Source: Geosiphon pyriformis uo1 (Eukaryota > Fungi > Glomeromycota). From it: a DNA stretch of 64,000 nt. Where the stretch lies: NCBI GenBank assembly GCA_016748015.1, contig JAAOMT010000514.1:542924-606923 (forward strand), given 5' to 3'. A model generated the notes under the pieces. That model saw only the letters and a list, made by a program, of their open reading frames with translations. It made no database searches and had not been told where the DNA came from. The position numbers and the translations under genes are program-made. Positions 27,222-39,023 of this stretch are shown piece after piece (the stretch's first letter is position 1; each line of letters opens with the position of its first letter).

Positions 27222-27851
27222 ATGGAAATTACAGACAACATTCACTTATTAGCACAACAACTCTTTCAATTGATCCAACACCAGGAAATGGAGATTACAA
27301 TCAATCAACAAACCATTTGATATCAAAATACTAGAAAGATATTGCAACCCAGAACACAGAAGAAAACAGAAAATACAGTGGACAAAATCATTGTGAAAGT
27401 AAAATTAGCAATAAAAAAGTTGACAAAAGAGTCACTATATCAAGAGTTAACTAAAGAAACTTGGAATTGGTGAATACAACAATTTCCACGAAACTATTGT
27501 TATTTTTATTTGGGACAACATGTAAATATCCAAAATCTATATATGGATAAAACAAAGCAATTATTCGACAAAAAAATACTACAACAATTAGAACATTTTG
27601 TGGGAAAGAACAACTTATCCACACAGGCCTGAGCCATATACTGAATACACACAGTATTTCAGGATAGACCAGAAATATTACTCAACAAAGCAATGGATAT
27701 GGTTACCAGTAATCAATTGGGAAAGATCACCAATGCTCAATTTGAAGAATTACAGACCCAAATAACACAAGTAATTCTTGAAAACAAAATCCAGGAAATA
27801 CTTCAAGAGGGGGAATTAAACGAGTTGGATTTCAATAGAGCTCAATATTAA
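27222..27851 (+). pseudogene. E4 accessory ORF3 (209 codons, internal stops)
   Basis: MEITDNIHLLAQQL...NYCYFYLGQ...LGKITNAQFEEL...FNRAQY*; ends at the PPT. Confidence 0.82.
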
Positions 27852-27864
27852 AAAGAGAGAATAA

Positions 27865-28715
27865 TGTTACTCATAGAAATATAGAAAATATATTAGTATA
27901 ATTATTAGCCAATCAGAAGTAGGCGTAGTAAATGTGAAATTCCAGGATTTCTTTCAGGAATTGCAGGATTCCAGGAATTTTAGGATTTCAGAATTCCAGA
28001 ATTTTTTTTAAAGGAATTGCAGGATTCCAGGAATTTCAGGATTCTCATCGTGAAGAATCAAGGAATTGGGAAATTTCAAATATGTATATATAGCAGTAAT
28101 GGTAGAAACAGAAAAAACAGAATTGATACCACAGAATCCTTAGCCTAGAAACAAAATCATCAAATAAATAATTATTTTATATCTCAATCCACTTTCCACT
28201 ATCAACACTTCATGTTGATAGTAATTAATACTTAACTATGCTGGAACAATAGCTCTTGATCATGGCTATTGATGAGATACTAACATACCAAATTGCCTTG
28301 GCTTATTTTCCCTATTTTCTTTATTTTTATTTTCTTTATTTTATTTTCTTTCTTTTTTTTGATTTTGTTGTTGTATACTAATTGATTAAAAAATTAAGCA
28401 CTGAGTTATTGACGTCAAGAATAGCCTGGTAAAAGACCCAGAAATAAGGGTAGGATTTTATATATTATCAGATAGCTTACCAGAAGGGCATGACTGCCAG
28501 ACTAAATCCGGCCACCACACTGAAAAAGAAATTAGGAAAACTTTTGGAAAGATACATCTACTATTGACACTATTGAATCTCTGTTCATTATACAAAGGAC
28601 TCCAACAAAACCTTCAGATACAATACTTACAGAACCTTATCCACGGAAATAGCTTTTGAGCACCAAGTTATGGGTTTGTTATTTAATTCAACAGCAGAAA
28701 TAATCACCTGTAACA
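27865..28715 (+). repeat. E4 3' LTR
   Basis: PPT AAAAGAGAGAATAA, then TGTTACTC...CTGTAACA. Confidence 0.95.
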
Positions 28716-30206
28716 TCAGATGATCCATTCATGACCAAGTTAACAGCTTGGGCATTGTTGGCTTTAAGTTCAGCTGCTTCAAAATCTCTGGCATTTGTAA
28801 TTGCGGCTTGAAAGTCTACTGGATGCATTGGGTGTACATGCTGGAGGATGTTGCTGCATAGGCTTCTAATGAATTGATTTAGAATTTGTGGCACTGTAAA
28901 ATAATCAGTCTGTATGGCTTGGATTTGGCACAGATTTCTGTGGAAGCATCCTAAGTAAGTAGTGATTGCTTCATTGTCTTCTTGCTTGATGGTAGTAAAA
29001 GTATTTGCTAGGCAATTAATACTATTATTATTACTAAAATATCCCAAGAAGGCAACTTTAAATTCTTGGAATGTTTGAGGTTTGGCAGTTAAACTTTGAT
29101 ATCACAAGTCGGTGGTATCCTGTAAAAAATAGGGGATGGCTTGAAGTGCTCTGGCATTGTTTTATTTATTGGCTGTAATGGCTTTTTTTATATTATTTAG
29201 CCACACTTGTGCATCATTCTCTTCTTCTGTAAATTTCTCAAGTTTTGCTATTGGGATGTAGGCCATTAGATTTATGTTTAGTTGTTGTGGTGGTGGAAGT
29301 CGTAATTGAATTTGGGATTGTAGCAATGGCTGTTGTTGTAGAACAACTGGTGGTAGATTAAGAACGAGTACTGGAGATAAGTTTTGCTGATTAATTGCTC
29401 CAGGATTTCAATCATTCCAATTTTGCTAAGTTTGAAAATTTGGAGCTTTGATTTCCAGATTTTCTAAATTTGGATCTTGCTGAATCTAAAAGTTCAGGGT
29501 TTTAATATTCAGGTTTTCTGGAATCAGGTTCTGATAAGTAAATTCCTGATCTTTGGCTTCTTCTTCTTCTTCTTTTTTTTCTGATTCTATTATCTCCTAG
29601 GGACTTGCATTTCCAAAATCTGGTTGAGGTGGCAGTGATTGGAATTCTAATGACATTGGCAATTGTGATTTAAATCCTTCAAAATAATTGCCATAGGTTC
29701 CTAGTAATTCTGCTTTTTTTTGTTTATTTTGAAATGAGAGTCGTCCAAATGTTGATGTTATATGTGATGTGGATGTACTTATTGATGAAATATTAATGGT
29801 GCTTCCAGGTGTATAGTGGTATAATGGGTTTGCTGGTGATTCAACTCTGGTTTTTTTCCAAGTGGGTGGTTGTATTTGTTTTGGTGTTACTGCTAGTGTT
29901 TGCAACTTTCTTTTGCCTTTGTCTGCATAGGTGATGGGAAATTGTTGTTGTGTATACCTTTCAATGGTTTGATTGATTTCCCTAATAATTAGTGTAAAAC
30001 TGTAGTTTTTTGGTAAGCTGGTATGTTAAAATAGTTCTGTATAGAAATTTTCTCTTGTGGATTCAATGTTAATTGTTTCTTTTAAGCAGTCTGTGATTTT
30101 ATTGTTAATGTAGAAGTTAAAGACTGATTCTATTGGAAAATGGTTATTGTTTAATCCTAATTGTTGGTTGTACTGTTGAAACAAAGATTTGACAAATCCT
30201 AAATGG
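28716..30206 (-). pseudogene. gag: E3 gag (N-terminal extension and capsid); its first codons lie at 40016-40044
   Basis: Capsid ATG at 29266 (MAYIPIAKLEKF); FTTIKQ...TTYLG.F...QILNQFI. Confidence 0.9.
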
Positions 30207-31194
30207 TGTTACCAAACGAAATTAGAGATATTATTTAGTATGAAATTATCGTTATAATTCCCATCATTAATTAACATATATTATCGTTTCAAATTATTAC
30301 TTATTACATTAGCAAAATGTCCGAAATTATCATTTAATTAATAACCCAATGTGTATATGACACAAATGTAACCTAATTGCAATGATCAATCATACAATAT
30401 CCCGAACTATGTAACATTCAAAAAGTTTGCTGAAATTTGTAGAAATTTGCCAAAATAATTGATAGTTTACTGAAATATCTAATAGTTTGCAGAAATAACT
30501 TGTAGTTTGCCGAAATGTATTTTTAGTTCAGCAAAATTGTAGAAAATAGCAAAGTTTGAGTTCACAAAATAGTGTTATGACAAATTGTATAAAAGAAGAG
30601 TGTCTCTCTTCGAAAAAATGTATCTTACTTCAGGTTTAATAATTAGAATCATTCTTTACACCCAAAAACAAAATAAATATCATATAAATTCGAAAAGCCA
30701 AATTCTTAAATTATTTCCCTTGAAATTAACCAATTCCTACTGACCGTTTTGAAATTGATTAGCTACCAATTTCAGTAGACTGTTAAAACACTTCCAGACC
30801 TGGATCCGAAATGACTTCCATAAATTATCAGTTTTACTTTTTCTTTTACATTTCTTTTATTTTCTTTCTTTTCTTATTATAAATCATTTGAGTAGTCTAC
30901 AAACAAGAATTTCTATAGAAGAGTTGACTTTCATAGCAAAGTAACTACACATTTTTAGTGAGCTTCCAGATGAGCAATTCTTGAAAAAGAGTTGACATTT
31001 ACTACAATGTAACTATACAAAGTAACTGGCATGGAATTGGCCATTTCACTTATAAGCCCAGCAGTTCAAATTATAGGAAATAATTTGAAGATAAATTCAG
31101 TTGCTGGAGGTTCAACCACATCCAGAAAACGTGAATTCACAGCAAACAGGCATTAACAACATTTAAGAAAAGAGACCAAAAACCTCTGGTAACA
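30207..31194 (+). repeat. E5 5' LTR
   Basis: TGTTACCA...TGGTAACA terminal inverted repeat. Confidence 0.96.
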
Positions 31195-31196
31195 TT

Positions 31197-31213
31197 TGGT
31201 GATCTCCTATGGA
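31197..31213 (+). other. E5 primer-binding site
   Basis: TGGTGATCTCCTATGGA, 2 nt after the LTR; cognate tRNA not determined. Confidence 0.75.
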
Positions 31214-31239
31214 AATAACACAGCAAAAACAAATTCAAA

Positions 31240-34200
31240 GTGGTAACCACACCAGACACAACAACTCTAGAGTACTACCAGTCAATTTACACCCACTGCA
31301 AGCAAAGATTCAACATTCTAGACGGAATTGAAGTTGTCAAGAAATCAGTATACCAATACATTGAAAACCACATCAACAATTATTTTTTTAGAAATTACAA
31401 TATCTCAGAAGTTAGAAGCAACCTTTACAATAATTTAACACACTATTCACAATTGAGAACTGAAGACCTTAACAGTGAAACACTTGTCACTTACTTTCAA
31501 GAACTTAATTTTAACATTATCAAGTACTGTGAAGAAACATATTCAGTACAGTCTCAATACTCTATTGATTTTGAATTGGAAACAGAAACAAGCAACAAAG
31601 ACAAACACAAATTGAAGCAATACTCAAAAACCACTCCAAATACTCCAATACTACCAAAAACAATTGCCAAACACTTACAAACATCTGAACAAGGAACAAG
31701 TTCAAAACTCCCATTCACCATCACACCTTTTCTAGCTTTACTTGCACAAGCACAAACACCTAATTCACTCTTAAATCAATTTGCGAGACCAGAAGATTTT
31801 ACATCACTCAGAAGTCCCACCAGACAGCAAAAACTCCTTCAAACTAGTTCCAATCTTCTTGATTTTTTAGCTGAGAATCAAAGTGAACACTCTGAGACAG
31901 CAGCGAACGAAGAAAACAACTCTGAAATAACTGAAGAAGAATCAATAAACAGTGAAAACAAAGAAGATGAAATGACAGCATACATCACAAAAATCCCTGA
32001 ATTTAATGGAGATAACATTGAGACCAGTCTTCAAGAATGGCTCAATCAAGTTACTAAAGCTGGAGATGCAAATGGATGGAATGCTGCCAGAATGTTAAGA
32101 ACAATTCCCTACTTTCTCAAAGAAACAGCAAAAGAATGGTTTGAAAACTTGGCCACTCCATTCAATAATTGAGACGCTTTCAAAACAGCCTTCCTTGAAC
32201 AGTTCACTGACAATAATACTTCCATCACCCTTCAAAATCAGTTTCGCAATATCAAACAAGAATCCTCTGAATCTGTTATGACTTATATTGGGAAATTCAA
32301 CAAACTTTTCAGACGAATTCGCCAACTCGAAACAAACAATTATTATTCTGATGCTCAAATCTTGGATCAATTTATCACTGGTCTAAAAGATAAACTAATT
32401 AAAAAGGTTCGCTCATATGCCCCAGATGATTTAAACTCTGCCATACAGCATGCAAAAAGAAGGTTGAAAACTATTTCACCAATTAACAACAACAGCAACC
32501 CCAAAGATATCAACTACTCCAAAGATAAAATCAAAATAACTTTGCACCACTTTCTAATAACCAGCCTCAGAATTGCCATTACTGTGGAATCTCTGGCCAC
32601 TGGAAAAAAGATTGCAGAAAGCTACCACAAGACCAACAAAATAGGAGTAATCAACATTACTCTCCACTACAGCAATTTTATTATCAACCACCACTACCAG
32701 CTTACTATCTATCAAAATCCCAATACCAAAATAACTATTATCAGTCCACTCCACAGCCAATCCAACAGCAATACCAACAACCACCCACACAACATTATCA
32801 AGTATCTGCTCAAAGACTGATTACACAAAAACAATTCACATCACAAAACCAATACCAAGTAAACAACAATAGAATCAGTTCAAACAACCAATTGGTTTCC
32901 CAAAATTCCATTCAACCAAGACCCAACTACTATTACACTCAATCCAGTTATCTAACAATGCCAGAAGAACAGGATTTTCACCATACTGCACTCTTGGAAG
33001 GTAGAGCTGTAGCACAACAACAAAACCCTTCCTATACTTCTACCACAATCCCACCAGCCAGAATTGCTGAAAATGCCAACCTTTCAGATATATTTCCTTT
33101 TGAGTTCGAAGCAAATGAGTCATCATTTCTGCTTAGCAATACAGCCACCAATGAACAAAAAGCAATCACGGCTATGTACACTGAAGCAGAAGTCGAAGGA
33201 AAGACAATTTGCTTGATCCTAGACAGTGGATCCACTGGAAGCATTATCACCTATCAGTTAATACAATAATTAAAAAAAGATGTCGACTGACCAGCTCAAA
33301 CAGTAATCGTTACTGCTGATGACATGAAAAAGACTCCAGTAGGAGAAATTAACAATTTTCCGTTCACTCTTGATGGAATCACCATTCTAGTCAAAGTTCT
33401 TGTAATGGACACACCCCAGTACCAAGCTCTTGTCGAAAATAATTGGCTTCAAAAAGCCAATGCTAATCTGAATTGGGAGACACAAGAGTTAACAATCTCC
33501 TACCAAGGACAACATGCCTGGGTACCTGCCATTTGTGGTATATTCAACAAACACTCCAAAAAAGCCCCAGCTTTTGAATTCGAACTGGAAGAAGAAAAGC
33601 CCATCATTGAAACATTTATGGCACTTGGATTAATCTCCAATTGGGCCAATGAAACTGAACAACAGTACTTTTCAAATGATTCTCTTGAAACAGAAGAACC
33701 AGTAACAACCAGATGGAATGTCCCCTATTCAAAACCAGAACCATGAAAACAACGCCCCTACATTCCACTCAAATGCAAGGACTGCCACAAGAAATTCTTC
33801 TCAATGGGAGCCTGCATTTTACCTGAAGAAAAATATGAAAATCATACTTGTTATTACTGCAAGACTTGCCATAGAAAACAATGGGGCCATCTAATAAAAA
33901 GAAGTGGAAAATGGGACAACACCCCTTGTTTGACTTGTGGAGATATGTTACTGGAAGAATGCAATTGGATTGATGTAGCAATGAGAGGAGGAGTCTGCGA
34001 TTAGACCTGCCAATATGCTTTATCAATTTCAGAAAAAGTAAAAAGAGGAACACTTTTTGATGCAGCATACAACAGTGCTCTCAACAAACTGTACCATTAT
34101 TCTCATGATGCTGAAATGATTTTCAACCTAGCAATGGCTTTAATCAATGGAGCCACTCAAAAAAATGTTTGTCAAATGAAAGAATCAGAATACATTGCAT

Positions 34201-36767
34201 ACACCTTTGAAATCACTGGATACAACTATGAAAATGAAGTAGAAGTATATCACCAAATTGCCAGTCACACTTACCCAACCAAAAAAGCTCAAGCTCAATG
34301 GCTAGAGCAAATAAACATTAAATTGTGTGAAAAATGCATAATGTCCTGCAATGAGCAATGGTGCCCTAAATGCTATGCTCTTAGCATTTCCCTGTCCAGT
34401 AAAAATGATGAGAACAAAATTGAATTTGGAAAACCTAAAGCAATGGAAGAAATTGAAACAACACCCATCTACCTTATTGAAAATCAGCCTGCCTTATAAC
34501 TCAAATACTTCAACAACAATGGACAAGAAATAAAACCTGAAAAAACACATGAAATTGATGCTGGATATGATCTAAGATATTCAGACAAGGATACTCTTGT
34601 TCTCAAACCCAAATCTCTCACAAAAATCAATCTCAAAATTGCACTTGAAATCTTGCCAGGAGCAATGTTTCAAATTGCCTCCCGGTCCTCTCTGGCAAGC
34701 AAAGAAATCAATGTCAGAGGAGGAATAATCGATGCTAAATATACTGGAGACATTACAGTAATGCTTTAAAATGAAACTGACAAACCATTCAAGATCAAAC
34801 ATGCTGAAAAAATTGCCCAAGCTATTTACTTACCCCTAATCAACATTTTGGGTTTGTAACTAGTCAATTAAAGAGAACAATTAGGAAAAAGCGATAGAGG
34901 AACCCAAGGTTTTGGTTCAACTAGACAATTTACAGTTCCAGTTAATATAGCTTTTAACACACAGAACAAATCTCACCAGATTTTCAGACTTTTACAACCA
35001 ATTACCATTTCACCCTTTGGAGAACATCCAGAAATCTACACCTGCCCAAAGCCAACAACCACACAACAAATTTTTGAGTCCAATGAACAAGTCTGCTTGG
35101 AACATAATATTTCGATTCCAAACATTTATATTCTAGAAGGAACAAAGAAAGTCTGAGTTACTTTTTACAATCCCAACAATTTCCCCATAGTTCTATTAAA
35201 TAACTTAGAAATTGGAGTCATTCACAGTAACATTTTTCAACAAGAACTACCCCAAACAGTTCCCAATTTTTCGGAAATCATTGGACATTCACTACCAAAA
35301 ATCAACCCAAACTCTAGCTCTGAAAACTACCATGTTGTCATGGAAAAACTATCTTAAATCAACATGGGACAACTTGAACCACAACAACAAAACCAGCTCA
35401 AAGAGCTAATTGCAGAATTTGCAGATATCTTTGCTGAAAACAACAATGACTTAGAAAGAACCAATTTGGTCCAACACCAAATTTATACAGAAGATGCCAA
35501 ACCAAGAAGACAACAAACATATCGAGTTGCTCCAGAAAGCCACCAATTTATCCAAGAAGAAGTACAATGAATGCTTAACAACAGGCTTATTCAACTTTTT
35601 ATGAGTCTTTGGGCTTTACCTATAGTGCTAGTTAAAAAGAAAAATGGAAAGATATGATTTTGTGTTGACTATTGACAACTCAACAGTATTACAATTGAAG
35701 ATGCCTACCCCCTTTCCTGAATTGATGACATGTTAAATGCTCTTGGAAAATCCAAATACTTTTCAACACTAGATTTAGAAAGCAGTTACTGACAAGTTGC
35801 TATGGATCCCAAAGATCACTCCAAAACAGCATTTACCACCCAAGATGGAAATTATGAGTTCAATATAATGCCCTTCGGATTATGCAATGCACCAGTAATG
35901 TTTCAGAGATTAATGGATGTTGTGTACCAAGGACTCCTTTGGAAGTCAGTAGTTATTTATCTTGATAATACTAATGTTTATTTCCCATTATTTGAATTAC
36001 ACTTAAAACACCTGTGAGAAGTTTTTCAATGATTACGAAAAGCAGGACTAAAACTCAACATTGAAAAATGCTACTTTGGAAAAACAAGTTTGGCCTTCCT
36101 TGGTCATATTGTTAGTAAAGATGGAATTAAACCAGACTCTGAAAAAATCAGCACTGTCAAAAACTTCAAAACTTCTCGAAACACTACAGAACTAAGAGGA
36201 TTTGTAGAGTTAGCCTCTTACTATTGGAAGTTTATCAAAGGATTCTCAAAAATTGCAAAACCTCTCAACCAGCTTACCACCAAAAACATCAAATACAAAT
36301 GGACTGCTGAATGCCAAAATGCATTTGAAATCCTCAAAGAAAAATTAACGACAGCTCCAATTCTCACTTACCCAGATTTCAGCAACTGATTTTGATTAGC
36401 AACAGATGCCTCTTATACAGCCTTTGGTGTCATCTTATCACAATTAAATGACAATGGAAATGAGCGAGTAATCACTTATGCTAGCAGAACATTAAAACCA
36501 GCTGAAAAAAACTACTCTGCCACAGAACTAGAAACAGTAGCCATAATCTGGGTCCTATATCACTTCAATCTTTATCTTAGGCCTAAAGAATTCGATATTA
36601 TTACTAATAATATTGGACTTAAATGACTTCAGAACAAAAATACTCAGCTGAACGCAAAACAAATCTGATGAACAGGATTTCTAGTAAACTATCAATACAT
36701 AGTACATCACAAACTAGGAAAACTCCACATCAATGTCAACTGTCTTTTCAGAATGAGACAAGATTAA
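31240..36767 (+). pseudogene. gag-pol: E5 gag-pol without integrase
   Basis: GTG start, capsid ATG at 31972, LILDSGS protease, dUTPase at about 34494-34925, RT, RH, stop at 36765-36767. Confidence 0.94.
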
Positions 36768-36831
36768 AAAAAAAAAAAAAAAAAAACAAAAACCAACACT
36801 CAATTTAACCAATCAAAACAGCCAACAAACA

Positions 36832-38217
36832 ATGAATTCGGAAAATTACAACAATCTCAAACAATATTTGGAAACATTAACAATCCCAACAGATTGGTCT
36901 TCAGATAAAAAACATTGACTACAACAACAAGCCAAACAATATTTTCTACACAACAACATTATTTATTATCGAAATTTCAAAAACCCAGACAAGCCACTCA
37001 GATTAATACAAGAACAAAAAAAAGAGACTATATTATACAATATGCATTCAGATCTTTCATCAGCACACTTCGAAAAAGACAGTACCACCCAAAGAACACT
37101 AGAATACTACTTTTGGCCACGAATAAAAAAAGACATTCACGAATATGTCGAATTTTGTGATAGTTGTCAAAGAAGAGGAGGAACACGCCTTACTGAACCA
37201 TTAAATTCAATCAAAGTTGGACAACCCTTTGACCGAGTTGGTATCGATTTAGTCAGACCACTATCTATCACCACTCAAGGAAACCATTATATTGCAGTAG
37301 CTGTAGACTATCTTATTAAATGGTCTGAAGCCAGAGCTATTCAATAAGCAGATGCGAAATCAGTAGCAAATTTTATCTATGAAGACATCATTTGTAGACA
37401 TGGATGTCCAATTGAACTTTTATCTGATCAGAGAACACACTTTGTAAACAATCTAATACAAGAAATTTGTGAATGATTTAATGTCAAGAGACTATTATCT
37501 TTGTCCTACCATCCACAAACCAATGGACTTGTAGAACATTTTAACAAAACATTGTGTGAATCATTAGCCAAAGTTTCAACTGATTTTGAGCAAGAATGGG
37601 ATTTCTTTATTCCATCAGTGTTACTAACATATAGAACATTAAAACAAGATACCACAAAACACACATCATTTGATTTAACTTATGGAAAGACAGCAACATT
37701 ACCAATTAGTTTTACAGTGGAAACATACCCAGCACAACCAATCGATAAAAACAATTTCCAGAAAACACTACAACAAAGAGCCTACACTCTGCTTAGCACA
37801 TTGGAAGGAAAACGACGAATAGCAGCAACTCATATTGAACATTCTCAAGCTCAACAAAAAGAAAGACATAACAACAAATTACCACCTATTACCAATGAAT
37901 TTAAAGTTGGAAATAAAGTTTTCTTACACAGAACTAAAGCTGAAAAACAATGGAGTGGAAAATTTGAAAATAAATAGGATAGATCATTCTTTATCCATGA
38001 AATTCTAGGCAATGGATCATACAAGCTAAGACTTAATAACAAAATCCTAGCAAAAGTTGCACATGGAGATCATTTGAAACACTATAATTCCAGAAACAAT
38101 CTTGAACCATTAATTCCACAAATTAGCACACATTTCCTTTTAATCAATCCTGAAGATATTCCATGGAATTTAGAACCAATAGTTGTTATTGAACAACCTC
38201 CCAACTTGAACACTTAA
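36832..38217 (+). pseudogene. int: E5 stand-alone integrase (461 codons)
   Basis: Own ATG; MHSD..SAH...CDSCQ; GIDLV; YHPQTNGLVE. Confidence 0.92.
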
Positions 38218-38335
38218 TTTAAATTTATTATTATAGTTATCTTCTTACAATTTAGAAACAATCTCACAAAAAACAAAAATAACATAAAAACCCATACACC
38301 AAAAATAATTTTCTTTTATTTTCAAATCTCTTATA

Positions 38336-38989
38336 ATGACTATTCTTCAAAACATTCAACAATTATCCCAAAAACTAATGTTAGCTTTAAAAACAATACC
38401 TGAATTATCCATTACTGTTACTGGAAACCACATTAATTATACCCAAACAGAAGTAGTCACAAATTTAGCCCCAAATTCACGAAAATATCACCCATATAAG
38501 AAGAACACAAGAAGTTATTCTGGAATTCACCTGCCAGAACTTTTAAAGCTTGCTTTAAGAGAAAACTTAATGCTCACTTCTATTAGTATTCTACCAAATG
38601 CTACTATTCAACAAAAACTTCAACTGTGTCTTAATGAAAAAAACTATGACTATACTCCAATATATAGATATTTCTACATTGGAAAAACACTTCATAAACG
38701 AAAACGGGAGCTTACAGCAGCAAACCTCACAAAAGAAGCTATTCGGAAACAACTTTACAATGAATTCAAGACAACAGCTAGACCTACAAACAGTCGTTAT
38801 AAACTAAGAGCTGCTCTTAGACTTTATGACCTATTCCACACCTGTGAAAACGTCCTACAAAACCCAATTTTACAACCTTTGAAGATTCAATACATTGGAA
38901 AGTTCACAGAACTAAAATTTCAACAATTTTCAGACCAAATTTCTTCAATAATTTTGGATTATTATCTGGAAATTACAGACAGTACTTAG
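38336..38989 (+). CDS. E5 accessory ORF3, 217 aa open (ancestrally 239 aa, to 39055)
   Basis: Uninterrupted ORF. The stop is a TGG>TAG change relative to E1 and E2. Homologues are present in all five elements. Confidence 0.8.
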   Translation: MTILQNIQQLSQKLMLALKTIPELSITVTGNHINYTQTEVVTNLAPNSRKYHPYKKNTRSYSGIHLPELLKLALRENLMLTSISILPNATIQQKLQLCLNEKNYDYTPIYRYFYIGKTLHKRKRELTAANLTKEAIRKQLYNEFKTTARPTNSRYKLRAALRLYDLFHTCENVLQNPILQPLKIQYIGKFTELKFQQFSDQISSIILDYYLEITDST

Positions 38990-39023
38990 ACTTTAATGGA
39001 GCTCAGTCTTGAAGAGGAGGTTA

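Larger units (their letters stand above)
18615..28715 (+). mobile_element. Complete Ty3/Gypsy element E4 (family B), inserted in E3 gag
   Basis: Perfect 4-bp TSD TCAG (18611-18614 and 28716-28719); host frame NGSSD|LNSK is restored on removal. Confidence 0.97.

Noticed and set aside
30735-30785. Hammerhead ribozyme in LTR-A (CTGAC...GAAA); twister- or hairpin-like motifs in LTR-B
   Set aside because: Core nucleotides and the required stems could not be assembled by eye
36766-36790. Poly(A) run as the tail of a retroposed insertion
   Set aside because: No TSD; it is an expansion within the A-rich RH-IN spacer
37900-38217. Chromodomain at the integrase C-terminus
   Set aside because: Only a GPF-type module and a short tail; no YLVKW-like motif
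38336-38989. ORF3 as an env gene
   Set aside because: No signal peptide, transmembrane helix or Env-like size
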